Origin: Candidatus Fraserbacteria bacterium
Lineage (GTDB): Bacteria > Bipolaricaulota > Bipolaricaulia > RBG-16-55-9 > DRXL01
DNA length: 64,000 bases
NCBI GenBank assembly: GCA_947085185.1
Contig: CAMTVK010000002.1
Location: 96,001-160,000 of the forward strand
Direction of reading: 5' to 3'
Shown here: positions 49,030-59,343 of the stretch, piece after piece
How positions within the stretch are numbered: the stretch's first letter is position 1
How the letters are laid out: each line of letters opens with the position of its first letter
Made by a program: the position numbers and the translations under genes
Notes under the pieces: generated by a model
Told to the model about the DNA's origin: nothing
What the model saw: only the letters and a program-made list of their open reading frames with translations
Databases searched by the model: none

Positions 49030-51693
49030 ATGGCCACTCGACTCTGCGATATCTGCGGCATCCGACCCGCGACTGTCCACGTGCGCGTCGCGCGCGACGG
49101 TCAGCAAGAAGTGCTCCATCTCTGCTCAATCGATTACGCGCGGCTGCGCCGCGAACACGCGTTCTCCCCATTAGAGTCACTCTTTGGTGGGGGTCTTTGG
49201 GAAGATTTCTTTGGGGAGGAGCCCTTCCGGCGCCGTGATCGCGAAGCCGTCGACATCGACGCGTACTTGAGTCAGCACGCCAAAGAACTGCTCCAGCACG
49301 CTGCCCAAACCGCCGTCGACTTCAATAAAGACGAGATAGACACCGAGCACTTGCTCTATGCGCTCACCGACAGCGAAGTCGTCCAAGAGATTTTAAGACA
49401 ATTCAAGATCTCCCCGCAAGACATCAAGGGCTATATTGAACATAACGCACCGCGAGGGACGTTCAAAGCCGAGAAGGGCCAGACGGTGCGCCTGAGCGTC
49501 TCCCCGCGGGTGAAGAGCGCTTTAGAGCTGGCGTTCATCGCGTCGCGTGAGCTGGGACACAGCTACGTGGGCCCGGAGCACTTACTGATCGGGCTGGCTG
49601 AAGAACAAGACGGGCTGGCCGGAGATCTCTTGCGCAAATACGGGCTCACCCCCCAAGCCCTGCGCCAACAGACTGTCAAAGTTGTGGGCAAGGGAAGCGA
49701 AGAGGGACGCGTCGAGCGCGTCTCTACCACCCCGACACTCGATAAATACTCGCGCGATCTGACAGAACTCGCTCGCCGGGGCAAGCTCGACCCGGTCATC
49801 GGCCGCTCCAAGGAGATCGAGACCGTCATAGAGATCCTGTCGCGGCGCAAGAAGAATAATCCCGTCTTGATCGGCGAGCCCGGCGTGGGCAAAACAGCTA
49901 TCGTCGAGGGCTTAGCCCAGAGAATCATCAAGGGCGAGGTCCCCGAGAGCCTGCGCACCAAGAGGCTCGTCGAGCTCAATATCAATGCGCTCATCGCGGG
50001 CTCGAAATATCGAGGCGAGCTGGAAGAGCGCGTCAAGCAGGTCCTGGACGAGATCATCGCCCATCAAGACGAGCTCATTATCTTCATTGACGAAGTGCAC
50101 ACGATCGTAGGTGCAGGCGCTGTGGGCGAAGGGGGCATGGATATCGCGAATGCGTTCAAGCCCGCCCTGGCCCGCGGCGAACTCCATCTCATCGGCGCGA
50201 CGACCCTCAGCGAATATCAGAAATATATCGAGAAAGACGCAGCGCTGGAGCGACGCTTCCAGCCCGTCTTCGTCGCCGAGCCTACCGTTGAGCAGACGAT
50301 CTCCATTCTCTACGGGCTGCGCGATCGCTTCGAAGCCCATCACAAAGTCAAGATCACCGACGCCGCGATCATCGCCGCGGCGCAACTGGCCGATCGCTAT
50401 ATTACTCACAGATTTTTGCCCGATAAAGCGATCGATCTGGTAGATCAAGCAGCGGCGCGGGTGCGCATTGCGTCCACGTCGCGCCCGGCAGAGCTCCATG
50501 AGCTGGAAGCCCAGATCCAACAGCTCAAGCGCGAGCAAGAGTACGCGTCCAGCCGAAAACAGTTCGACAGGGCCAAGGAGATCGAATCGCACATTAAAGC
50601 CAAGGAGCACGAGCTGGCCCAAGCCACAGAGCGCTGGAAGAAGGCCGTCGCGTCTGGTTCTGCTGAGGTGCGCGCCGAGCACATCGCCGAGATCATCTCT
50701 AAGCTGACGGGCATTCCCGTGAGCGAGTTGACCACTGAAGAGCGCGAGAAGCTGCTCCACCTTGAAGAGAAACTTCATGAGCGCGTCGTCGGCCAAGACG
50801 AAGCAATCCGCGCCGTCAGCAATGCGATCCGTCTTGCGCGCGCCGGCCTCAAAGAGAAGAACCGCCCCATCGCGACGTTTCTCTTCCTTGGGCCCACAGG
50901 CGTAGGGAAGACCGAGCTCGCCAAAGCTCTCGCATGGGCTGTCTTCGGCGACGAAGACGCGATCATTCGTATAGATATGTCTGAATACATGGAGCGCCAC
51001 AGCGTCGCCCGGCTCATCGGCGCCCCTCCAGGCTACGTGGGCTATGAAGAAGGAGGCCAGCTCACCGAGCGGGTGCGCCGCAGACCCTATAGCGTCATCC
51101 TCCTAGACGAGATCGAGAAGGCCCACCCCGACGTCCATAATATTCTCTTGCAAGTCTTCGATGAGGGGCGGCTCACCGACGGCAAGGGGCGCACCGTCGA
51201 CTTCACCAATACTATTATCATCGCTACGAGCAATCTGGGCAGCGAGATCATCCAGCGCAACCTCACCCTCCCTCCAGAGTACAAGCGCAGCTACGATGCG
51301 CTCAAAGAAGAGCTCATGACGATCTTGCGCAGGAGCTTCCGCCCAGAATTTCTCAATCGCCTTGACGAGATCATCATCTTCCATGCGCTCACGCAAGAGC
51401 AGATCCGCCAGATCGTCAAGCTCCAACTGCAGAAGGTCGCGCAGATGGTCCAAGAACAAGGGATCACAGTGCAGTTTGATGATGCGCTCATTGAGCACTT
51501 GGCCGAGGTGGGGTACCAACCGGAGTTTGGGGCGCGGGAGCTCAAGCGCAAGATCCGTTCGGAGGTCGAGACCGAGCTCTCCAGCGCCATCTTACAGGGC
51601 ACGATCCAAGCGGGCGATACGGTCAAGGTGCGCTACGATGCCGAGGGCGCTACAGTCGTGCTCGAGAGAGTTCCCGTGGAGGTCAAGAGCTGA
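49030..51693 (+). CDS. clpG: ClpG/ClpK-like AAA+ disaggregase (Hsp100)
   Basis: N1 domain [21 protein letters not shown], Clp N repeats, two AAA+ modules ([16 protein letters not shown]) and GYVGY. Confidence 0.8.
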   Translation: MATRLCDICGIRPATVHVRVARDGQQEVLHLCSIDYARLRREHAFSPLESLFGGGLWEDFFGEEPFRRRDREAVDIDAYLSQHAKELLQHAAQTAVDFNKDEIDTEHLLYALTDSEVVQEILRQFKISPQDIKGYIEHNAPRGTFKAEKGQTVRLSVSPRVKSALELAFIASRELGHSYVGPEHLLIGLAEEQDGLAGDLLRKYGLTPQALRQQTVKVVGKGSEEGRVERVSTTPTLDKYSRDLTELARRGKLDPVIGRSKEIETVIEILSRRKKNNPVLIGEPGVGKTAIVEGLAQRIIKGEVPESLRTKRLVELNINALIAGSKYRGELEERVKQVLDEIIAHQDELIIFIDEVHTIVGAGAVGEGGMDIANAFKPALARGELHLIGATTLSEYQKYIEKDAALERRFQPVFVAEPTVEQTISILYGLRDRFEAHHKVKITDAAIIAAAQLADRYITHRFLPDKAIDLVDQAAARVRIASTSRPAELHELEAQIQQLKREQEYASSRKQFDRAKEIESHIKAKEHELAQATERWKKAVASGSAEVRAEHIAEIISKLTGIPVSELTTEEREKLLHLEEKLHERVVGQDEAIRAVSNAIRLARAGLKEKNRPIATFLFLGPTGVGKTELAKALAWAVFGDEDAIIRIDMSEYMERHSVARLIGAPPGYVGYEEGGQLTERVRRRPYSVILLDEIEKAHPDVHNILLQVFDEGRLTDGKGRTVDFTNTIIIATSNLGSEIIQRNLTLPPEYKRSYDALKEELMTILRRSFRPEFLNRLDEIIIFHALTQEQIRQIVKLQLQKVAQMVQEQGITVQFDDALIEHLAEVGYQPEFGARELKRKIRSEVETELSSAILQGTIQAGDTVKVRYDAEGATVVLERVPVEVKS

Positions 51694-52547
51694 TGGACTT
51701 TCTCTCGCTTCTATGGTTTATATTTATATTTTCCACGATGCTGCAACCGATGCTCCAGCGCCGGATGCTCGAGTGGGAACGCCAGCGCTGGATCGAACGA
51801 ATTGAGCGCCAGCGCGGCTCCCGCGTCATCGTTCTTGTCCATCGTCAGGAGACGATGGGGCTTTTGGGATTCCCCATCATGCGCTATATTGACGTGACTG
51901 ACTCCGAAGCCGTGCTGCGCGCTATCGAGCTGACTGATCCGGAGCTTCCTATCGATCTGGTCCTGCATACGCCAGGTGGATTGGTCCTAGCCGCACTGCA
52001 AATTGCGCGGGCACTGCGCAAGCATCCTGGAGGAACTCGCGTGATCGTGCCACACTACGCCATGTCCGGAGGGACACTCATCGCTTTAGCTGCAGACGAG
52101 ATCATTATGAGCCCCCATGCAGTCTTAGGGCCAGTGGACCCTCAAGTTGGGCAGTATCCCGCGGCATCGTTGCTAGCCGTCGTCCAACAGAAAGCCCCTA
52201 ACGAGATTGATGACCAAACTCTCATCCTAGCCGATGTGGCGCGCAAGGCAGCCCAACAGCTCCAAGAGGCCGTCTACGAGCTGCTTGAGGGACGGTACCC
52301 ACAAGATCAAGCACGCCAGCTAGCACGCACACTCTCCGAAGGCCGCTGGACCCATGACTTCCCTATCACGTATGAGAAGGCCAGAGAGCTTGGGCTCAAA
52401 GTCCGTTGTGACATTCCCAAAGAATTCTTATGGCTTATGGCGCTCTATCCTCAGCCCGTGCGCCATCATCCAAGTGTGGAGTATGTGCCTATTCCGCGCC
52501 AGCGCGAGGGCGCCTCGCGCCCTACACACTTTGGGGGGAAAGGGTGA
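51693..52547 (+). CDS. ClpP-fold serine peptidase (SDH/DUF114, S49-like)
   Basis: HRQET, LHTPGG, HYAMSGGTLIALAAD, LGPVDPQ and WTHD. Confidence 0.85.
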   Translation: MDFLSLLWFIFIFSTMLQPMLQRRMLEWERQRWIERIERQRGSRVIVLVHRQETMGLLGFPIMRYIDVTDSEAVLRAIELTDPELPIDLVLHTPGGLVLAALQIARALRKHPGGTRVIVPHYAMSGGTLIALAADEIIMSPHAVLGPVDPQVGQYPAASLLAVVQQKAPNEIDDQTLILADVARKAAQQLQEAVYELLEGRYPQDQARQLARTLSEGRWTHDFPITYEKARELGLKVRCDIPKEFLWLMALYPQPVRHHPSVEYVPIPRQREGASRPTHFGGKG

Positions 52548-52553
52548 TCCTTC

Positions 52554-54962
52554 ATGGCTCCTCATAAACTTGCGCCAGAACAGTTGCGTCGCACGTTTGA
52601 TCCCAAAGAGCTTGGGATCGAATCCACCGAAAATATCCCGCCCCTGGAGGGGATCATCGGGCAGAAGCGCGCTGTGTCAGCGCTTAAGTTTGGGTTAGGG
52701 ATTCAGGAGCTGGGGTTTAATATCTATGTAGCAGGCCCCCCAGGCATCGGCAAGATGACGGCCGTGAAGTCTTTTTTAGAGGAGCTCGCACGCCAGAAAG
52801 AGACCCCCCCAGATTGGTGCTATGTGAACAACTTCGACGATCCCTCTCAGCCCAAGGCCCTGCGCTTGCCCGCCGGCTGGGGAACTCAACTCGCACAAGA
52901 TATCAAAAATCTCGTTGACCATGTGCGACGCGAACTCCCCAAAGTCTTCGAGAGCGAAGAGTACAGCGCCCGGCGCGATGAGATCATGAAAGCGTTCAAT
53001 AAGCAGCGAGAGGCGATCATCAATCGAGTGCAGGAGCGCGCTTCCCAAGCGGGCTTTCTCCTGCAAGCCGCGCCGTTTGGTATCCTCATTCTTCCCGTGT
53101 TGGGCGGCCGCCCCCTCAACGATGCCGAGTTCCAAGCCCTTCCCCAAGCCGCCCGCGAAGACATCCAGCGCCGCCGCGATGCCCTCCAAGAAGACCTCAA
53201 GCTCGCCATGAAAGAGATCCGAACTCTCGAGAAAACTGCCCAAGAAAAACTCCACGAGCTCGATCGCCAAGTCGCCCTCTATATGGTCGGCGGACTTATA
53301 GACGACCTGCGCGACAAGTATCGCAATCTCCCCGATGTCCTAGAGCATCTCCATGCGATGCAGAAAGATATCTTGGAGAACATTGAGCTCTTCAAGGGGG
53401 AGCACAAAGCTGAGGGAGAGGTCCCTCCTTGGGCCAAAGACCTTCCCTTCCGAAAGTATCACGTCAATGTCTTGGTAGACAACAGCAAGCAACATGGAGC
53501 TCCTGTGGTCGTCGAGCTTAACCCAGTCTATCATAATCTCTTCGGGCGCATCGAGAAAGAGACGCAGTTCGGTGCGCTCTACACAGACTTCACCATGATC
53601 AAAGCGGGCTCGCTCCACCGCGCCAACGGAGGGTATTTAGTCCTCCCCATCGAAGACGTCTTGAGAAATTTATTGAGCTGGGACGGGCTCAAGCGCGCCT
53701 TGCGCGGCCGCGAGATCTCCGTCGAGGAGCTCGGGGAGCGCTTGGGGTTCATCGCGACCAAGAGCTTGCGTCCGCAGCCCATCCCTCTCGACGTTAAAGT
53801 GGTGCTGATCGGCTCACCGATCTTTTACTATTTGTTACATGCCTTCGATGAAGAGTTCCCAGAGCTTTTCAAAGTGAAGGCCGACTTCGACACCCGCATG
53901 GATTGCACTTCAGAGAACATCCAAGATTTTCTGAAGTTTCTGGGCACTTTCTGCAAGAAGGAACGTCTGAAGCACTTAGACAACACCGCCGTGGCGAAGC
54001 TCTTAGAGTACGCCTCCCGCTTAGCGGAAGACCAGCAGAAGCTCTCGACACACTTTGGCGCGATCGCCGACATCATTCGTGAGGCTCACTACTGGGCACT
54101 CCAAGAGGGAGCGTCACACATCAGCGCGCGCCACGTGCAGAAAGCGCTCGACGAGAAGGTCTATCGCTCCAATCTCATCCAAGAGAGAATCCAAGAGATG
54201 ATCGCGCGCGGCACGCTGCTCATTGACACCGAAGGGCAAGCCGTGGGGCAAGTCAATGGACTTTCGGTGATCAGTCTGGGAGACTATGTCTTCGGCAAGC
54301 CCAGTCGGATTACGGCGAGCGTCGGGCCAGGACGCGAAGGGATTATAGACATAGAACGCGAGGTCGAGCTGGGTGGCCCCATTCACTCCAAGGGCGTCTT
54401 GATCTTGAGTGGATACTTGGCGCAAAAGTACGCGCAAGACAAGCCCTTGACGCTCACAGCAAAATTAGTCTTCGAGCAGAGCTACGAGGGGGTCGAGGGC
54501 GACAGCGCCTCTTCGACCGAGCTCTATGCGTTGCTGTCGGCGCTGTCGGGAGTGCCCATCAAGCAGGGGATCGCCGTGACAGGGTCGGTCAACCAACACG
54601 GTGAAGTGCAAGCGATTGGGGGGGTCAACGAGAAGATCGAGGGCTTCTTCGACGTCTGCAGAGCCAAAGGGCTGACGGGCGAGCAAGGGGTACTCATCCC
54701 CAAGAGCAACGTGCAGAACTTAATGTTACGCGAGGACGTAGTCGAGGCCATAAGAGCGAAAAAGTTTCACATTTGGGCGGTGAGCACGATTGACGAGGGG
54801 ATCGAGATCTTGACGGGGGTATCGGCGGGGGAGCGTGGGCGCGACGGGAAGTTCCCTGAGGGCACAGTCAATTACTTAGTCGACCGACGGTTGCGGGAGT
54901 TCGCCGAGTGTCTGAAAGAGATCTCTGAAGATACAAAGAGGTCGCGTCGCGCGCGGCGCTAG
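52554..54962 (+). CDS. LonC-type protease (AAA-like plus Lon protease domain)
   Basis: DWCYVNNF, AGSLHRANGG, FKVKADF, GQVNGL, catalytic EGDSAS and NEKIEG. Confidence 0.9.
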   Translation: MAPHKLAPEQLRRTFDPKELGIESTENIPPLEGIIGQKRAVSALKFGLGIQELGFNIYVAGPPGIGKMTAVKSFLEELARQKETPPDWCYVNNFDDPSQPKALRLPAGWGTQLAQDIKNLVDHVRRELPKVFESEEYSARRDEIMKAFNKQREAIINRVQERASQAGFLLQAAPFGILILPVLGGRPLNDAEFQALPQAAREDIQRRRDALQEDLKLAMKEIRTLEKTAQEKLHELDRQVALYMVGGLIDDLRDKYRNLPDVLEHLHAMQKDILENIELFKGEHKAEGEVPPWAKDLPFRKYHVNVLVDNSKQHGAPVVVELNPVYHNLFGRIEKETQFGALYTDFTMIKAGSLHRANGGYLVLPIEDVLRNLLSWDGLKRALRGREISVEELGERLGFIATKSLRPQPIPLDVKVVLIGSPIFYYLLHAFDEEFPELFKVKADFDTRMDCTSENIQDFLKFLGTFCKKERLKHLDNTAVAKLLEYASRLAEDQQKLSTHFGAIADIIREAHYWALQEGASHISARHVQKALDEKVYRSNLIQERIQEMIARGTLLIDTEGQAVGQVNGLSVISLGDYVFGKPSRITASVGPGREGIIDIEREVELGGPIHSKGVLILSGYLAQKYAQDKPLTLTAKLVFEQSYEGVEGDSASSTELYALLSALSGVPIKQGIAVTGSVNQHGEVQAIGGVNEKIEGFFDVCRAKGLTGEQGVLIPKSNVQNLMLREDVVEAIRAKKFHIWAVSTIDEGIEILTGVSAGERGRDGKFPEGTVNYLVDRRLREFAECLKEISEDTKRSRRARR

Positions 54963-54974
54963 GAGGGAGAGCCT

Positions 54975-55007
54975 ATGCCAAAGATCGTCGTCGTGGGAGG
55001 AAACTTC
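54975..55007 (+). pseudogene. N-terminal relic of an FAD-dependent oxidoreductase (SQR/NDH-2-like)
   Basis: SD AGGAGG followed by MPKIVVVGGNF (start of a Rossmann beta-strand); the reading then degenerates. Confidence 0.5.
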
Positions 55008-55048
55008 GAAAGAAACTGGGTATCCGCTCTTGGCAAAGGAGGTCGTCT

Positions 55049-55690
55049 ATGCCGTTGCTCACGGAACAGAACAAGCAGCAGATCCAGAAGGTCTTGCAGC
55101 AGCTCACAAATCCTGTGATCGTTCACTATTTCACTCAAGAGTTCGAGTGCGAGCCCTGTCAAATGACCCACGAACTCTTGAAAGAAGTCACGGCGCTCTC
55201 AGACAAGCTCGCTCTCAAGGTCTATGAGTTCAAGAGCGAGCAGGAGTCCGCACGACGCTTCGGCGTCGATAAAATCCCAGCGATCGTGCTGGAGGGGCAG
55301 AGAGTCTACGGGATTCGATTCTTCGGGGTTCCCGCAGGCTACGAGTTCGGCGCTTTTCTCGAAGATTTAATAGACGTCTCGCGTGGGACGACCCAGCTCT
55401 CACCAGAGACTCAGATGCTGCTCAATACCCTGATCAAGCCCATACACATCCAAGTCTTCGTAACGCCCACCTGCCCCTACTGCCCAGCAGCCGTCAGGAT
55501 GGCACACAAGATGGCGCTCTATAGCGAGAAGATTCAAGCAGACATGGTCTCGGCGCTGGAGTTCCCTTATCTCGCTGATAAATATGACGTCTATGGCGTG
55601 CCCAAAACTGTCGTCAATGACGGAGAAGTACTGTTTGAAGGGGCGCTGCCAGAGCGCGAGTTTGTCGCTCAGGTGCTGCGGGCTGCCTAA
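55049..55690 (+). CDS. Protein disulfide oxidoreductase (PDO, two thioredoxin folds)
   Basis: CEPC and CPYC, GVPAGYEF and VYGVPK. Confidence 0.9.
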   Translation: MPLLTEQNKQQIQKVLQQLTNPVIVHYFTQEFECEPCQMTHELLKEVTALSDKLALKVYEFKSEQESARRFGVDKIPAIVLEGQRVYGIRFFGVPAGYEFGAFLEDLIDVSRGTTQLSPETQMLLNTLIKPIHIQVFVTPTCPYCPAAVRMAHKMALYSEKIQADMVSALEFPYLADKYDVYGVPKTVVNDGEVLFEGALPEREFVAQVLRAA

Positions 55691-55708
55691 GGAGGGATAT
55701 TCTCAAAC

Positions 55709-57070
55709 TTATCTTCGATCCTGGCCATACCCTCTCATGAGTCTCGCTGTTTCATCGTGATCAGGGAGAATGCTCTCCGCGTCACGCACAACTTTGAAGA
55801 GGTAGCCCCCTAAGCTGGTGACTACTCCCAACAGTCCCGCGAGCACGAACATCAGTCCCATGCCCGCTCCTGGACCAATGCCCACCCAGCTGCCAAAGAT
55901 CTGAGCCAATGTGCCGGGAGACCGCATCGCGGGCTCAAAGACGAAGTCTGCCAACGGACCGGCAATCAAAAGCCCCAACGGAGAGGTGATCTGCGCGATC
56001 AGCCGTCGCACCGCGAAGACGCGCCCTTGCACATCAGGGGGAACTTTGCTCTGCCAGATTGCTTGGTTAGAGCCATTGATGATCGGTATAAAAAACGAGG
56101 TGAAGAACGCACCAGCTACCCACAAGGGCAGTGATCGTGCCACGCCCAACACCAGAGTCCCCAACAGGCTCTCCAGCGCCAGCCCTCCCAAGAGCCCATG
56201 CACCCTACGCGCGGGCCCTCCCCAGAGGCTCATTGCTATTCCTCCCATGACTCCACCGACCCCACTGATCGAGAGCACCGTTCCCAAAATCTGGGCGTTG
56301 TTGTCCGTGCGGGCTAAGATCATCGGGCTCAAGACCCCAAAGGCAAACGAACCGAGCAGATTCGTAGCCATCAGAGTGAGCTGCAATCCCAGGAGACTTG
56401 GCCGCCGAAGAATATACGTGAACCCGTAAAGCGACTCCCCCAGGAGCGAGCTGTCCCCGGTGGGCTCAAGAGTAACTTTTGGAGGTTGCGGGATATGCAC
56501 CAACGCGAGGGTCCCGATGGCGAAGAGAAAGGTGATGAGATCAAGAGTCATCACTCCGGCGATGCCAATGGGGCCGATCAGCATTCCCGCCAAGAGCGGC
56601 GCAGCGATGGAGGACGCCGATTCAGCTAATGACATCATGCCATTGGCACGTCCGTAGTGCTTCTTATCAACCATGACGCTGATCGTCGCGGAGTACGCAG
56701 GCCACTGGAACGCTTGAAAAGCGCCGACGACCGCGGCACCTAGATAGAGATGCCAGACCTGCAAATGTCCAGACAGATAGAGCAACAAGACCGCGAGAGT
56801 AGCCAAGCCACTGATAGTGTCGGTGAGGATCATCACGAACTTGCGGCTCCAGCGATCTACTAATGCTCCAGCGATAGGGCTCATGAGCACCGTCGGCCCC
56901 ATGAAGAAGAAGCTCATCAAAGCTAAGGCTGTAGCTGAGCCGGTGGCTTGCCAAGCCCATAGCGTCAGAGAGAAGACGGTCATCCCTGAACCCGTCAGAG
57001 AGACAAGTTGCCCGAACCAAATAATACTGAATCCTAGCATCCCCTTAGGACTTGCTCTCAGAATCTTCAT
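55709..57070 (-). CDS. MFS transporter (macrolide-efflux-like)
   Basis: WFGQLVSLTGS, GALVDRWSRK, GRANG and QGRVFA; about 12 TM helices. Confidence 0.9.
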   Translation of the reverse strand: MKILRASPKGMLGFSIIWFGQLVSLTGSGMTVFSLTLWAWQATGSATALALMSFFFMGPTVLMSPIAGALVDRWSRKFVMILTDTISGLATLAVLLLYLSGHLQVWHLYLGAAVVGAFQAFQWPAYSATISVMVDKKHYGRANGMMSLAESASSIAAPLLAGMLIGPIGIAGVMTLDLITFLFAIGTLALVHIPQPPKVTLEPTGDSSLLGESLYGFTYILRRPSLLGLQLTLMATNLLGSFAFGVLSPMILARTDNNAQILGTVLSISGVGGVMGGIAMSLWGGPARRVHGLLGGLALESLLGTLVLGVARSLPLWVAGAFFTSFFIPIINGSNQAIWQSKVPPDVQGRVFAVRRLIAQITSPLGLLIAGPLADFVFEPAMRSPGTLAQIFGSWVGIGPGAGMGLMFVLAGLLGVVTSLGGYLFKVVRDAESILPDHDETARLMRGYGQDRR

Positions 57071-57300
57071 GATGATGCTTGCCGGCGCAGCTCTTCGAGC
57101 TCGCGCTCGACCTCGCGCAGTTCCTCTTCAAGCTCTTTCTTGTATGCTTCTAGGTCGCGCTTGTACTCTTCGAGCATCCTCAGATACTCCTGGCGGCGCG
57201 GGAAGCGCCACGGCTCCCAGAACGCTCGAAAGAACGGGCCGCGCCGAATCCCAATCCCAAAGGGAAAGTCAAAATAGAAGTAGAACCCACGCCGACGCAT
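57067..57300 (-). CDS. Small protein with an aromatic/Gly/Arg N-terminus and C-terminal coiled coil
   Basis: SD GAGGTGA and an ATGA overlap with the MFS gene. Confidence 0.7.
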   Translation of the reverse strand: MRRRGFYFYFDFPFGIGIRRGPFFRAFWEPWRFPRRQEYLRMLEEYKRDLEAYKKELEEELREVERELEELRRQASS

Positions 57301-57319
57301 CGGTGATCACCTCACTATT

Positions 57320-58090
57320 TTAGAGTCGCACCTGCTCCTTCACCATGCTCTTTGGGTCTATGTGCACTGACTCTGAGTATTCGACTCGCGCGATGCGACA
57401 CTCCGGCCCAATGGTCACACGTTTGCCGCGCACCGTCTTTGCGACTGCCGCTTCGAGGGAGATCTCATCGGCTTCGATCAGATCAGACACGAGCCTCGGC
57501 TCGCTTCCAAAGAATCTCCTCAGCCAGCCCCAAAACGATTCTCTCTTGCGCACAGTAATACGCTCCCCACCGATCTCTCGCGCCCAAGAGCGCTCGCTTA
57601 GCTCAAGCTCTAACTGATCTGCCGCAAGAAGCCCCGCGACGCGAAAAGCCCCACGGCCACGGAACTCTGACGCTTCGACGTCGCCTCCGGCAGCGAGAAC
57701 CCCGCTGAACTTGGCACGCTGCGCCCGAAGATTTTTTGTGATCTTGATTGTGCCTGCGTTCGAAAACTCTTGCGCGTGGACGCTGCCCTCGACCTTGCCC
57801 GCCCCGGCGGCTTTGAACTGCTCGCTCTGGACGTCGCCGCCAACCTTCCATGCTCCAGCTGCGTCGAACTCTTGCGCCGTCACCGCCCCGACGATCTTGC
57901 ACGCCCCAGCGAGCTCAACTCTGCTCGCTTTGACTTTCCCGACGATCTTCCCCGCGCCGGAGATCTCAACAGACTCGGCTTCGACATCGCCTTCGACCCG
58001 ACCTGCCCCAGAGATCGTGACGCGCTCGTAGAGACCTCCTGTCGCTTTCCCTGCACCCGCAATGGAGAGACTGCCACGCTTGGTCGTCAT
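57320..58090 (-). CDS. Bactofilin-like beta-helix protein (YhbE/YhbF family)
   Basis: Repeated ISGAG..GDV.A units, IGG..I.V, VRGKRVTIG and VEYSE. Confidence 0.85.
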   Translation of the reverse strand: MTTKRGSLSIAGAGKATGGLYERVTISGAGRVEGDVEAESVEISGAGKIVGKVKASRVELAGACKIVGAVTAQEFDAAGAWKVGGDVQSEQFKAAGAGKVEGSVHAQEFSNAGTIKITKNLRAQRAKFSGVLAAGGDVEASEFRGRGAFRVAGLLAADQLELELSERSWAREIGGERITVRKRESFWGWLRRFFGSEPRLVSDLIEADEISLEAAVAKTVRGKRVTIGPECRIARVEYSESVHIDPKSMVKEQVRL

Positions 58091-58941
58091 GCTCTCTTCT
58101 GCTCCTTCACGTGTGCCCCAGGCACAATCTCTAAATTCTCTGAATACTCGACAGACTCGATCTCGCAGCCCTCGCCGATCTGAACTTTTTTGCCGCGCAC
58201 GACGCGCGCTTTCGTATTCTCTAAGAAGACTTCGTCGCCTTCGATTGTGTCGACTTCTAAATACCCAGAAGATCGCCCGAACGCATAGCCGAAGCCTTCG
58301 CCCACAGCTCTCCCGACTTCCTCGCCGATGCGTCCTAAGTCTTCAAAGACTCCCTCGAGCGTCTCGCCCAGACCTTCCAGGCCACGCCCCAGATGGATCT
58401 CACCATGGCGGGGTTGTCGCCGCCACCCCCAAAACGACCGTCCGCGACGCCGCACTTCGATGCGCGTCCCACCGATCTCTGCGACTTTTCCCTCCCCAAG
58501 CTCGATCTTCACCTCTTCGGCTGAGAGCAGCCCGCCGATCTCCAAGCGCCCACGCGATAAGAATTTTTCGGCCTCGACGTCTGTGCTCACTTTGAGGGAG
58601 CCGGCGCTCGTGATCTCTTGCGCCCGCACCGAGCCCTCGACTGTCTGCGTCCCGGCGATCTTGACTTCGCCCGCGCGCAGCTCGCCGTCGATCGTGCAAG
58701 ACCCCATGGTCTTCACGAGCTCCGCCTCGACATCGCCTGCGACACGGCACGAACCGGCCGTCTTCAATTCTTTCGTTTTGACGTCCCCGTCAATGCGACA
58801 TGACCCGGCCGTCTTGATGAGAGTGGCGTCCACGTCGCCCTCGATCCGGCCCGAGCCCGCCACAGTCACGGTGTCATAGATCCCGCCGCTGATGCGGCCC
58901 GAACCAGCTATGTGCACGTTCGTGCGCTTTTCTTCAGACAT
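58087..58941 (-). CDS. Bactofilin-like beta-helix protein (YhbE/YhbF family) with insertion
   Basis: Repeated AGS..I.GDV.A units and IEGDEVFLENTKARVVRG. Confidence 0.85.
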   Translation of the reverse strand: MSEEKRTNVHIAGSGRISGGIYDTVTVAGSGRIEGDVDATLIKTAGSCRIDGDVKTKELKTAGSCRVAGDVEAELVKTMGSCTIDGELRAGEVKIAGTQTVEGSVRAQEITSAGSLKVSTDVEAEKFLSRGRLEIGGLLSAEEVKIELGEGKVAEIGGTRIEVRRRGRSFWGWRRQPRHGEIHLGRGLEGLGETLEGVFEDLGRIGEEVGRAVGEGFGYAFGRSSGYLEVDTIEGDEVFLENTKARVVRGKKVQIGEGCEIESVEYSENLEIVPGAHVKEQKRA

Positions 58942-58949
58942 AGCTCCCC

Positions 58950-59294
58950 CTAGCGTCGTGCCTGCCAGAGCCGATAGACTAAATAGACCAACGCCGCGAC
59001 GAAGAGAAAGATGAGCACAGGCGAGCCAGCCAATAGACTCAGAACAAGCCCTACCAAGATGATAGGCAAGAGAATCGGCGCCAGGATCAACAACGGAATC
59101 CCTAAGACCGGCAAGAGCACAATGCCCACGATCCCTAACGCGAGCGCGAGAGCGAAGAGCACGACCCCGCCCACTACAAGCCCTACCGTCAACAAGATAG
59201 GGATCACCAAGATCCCGACAAGCACTACAACGGGAATCGCGATCACCCAGGCCATCCAGCCGCTCGCCTCCCAGTCCCCGATGCGGATCTTCAT
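58950..59294 (-). CDS. Very hydrophobic membrane protein
   Basis: SD AAGGAGG; almost entirely Leu/Val/Ile/Pro. Confidence 0.75.
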   Translation of the reverse strand: MKIRIGDWEASGWMAWVIAIPVVVLVGILVIPILLTVGLVVGGVVLFALALALGIVGIVLLPVLGIPLLILAPILLPIILVGLVLSLLAGSPVLIFLFVAALVYLVYRLWQARR

Positions 59295-59343
59295 GAGTGC
59301 CTCCTTATTGTATTGCCCCCTCCCTAGGGGAGAGCCGGCAGAT

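Noticed and set aside
49912..51000. 362-aa minus-strand ORF
   Set aside because: Typical antisense shadow of a conserved Clp ATPase gene.
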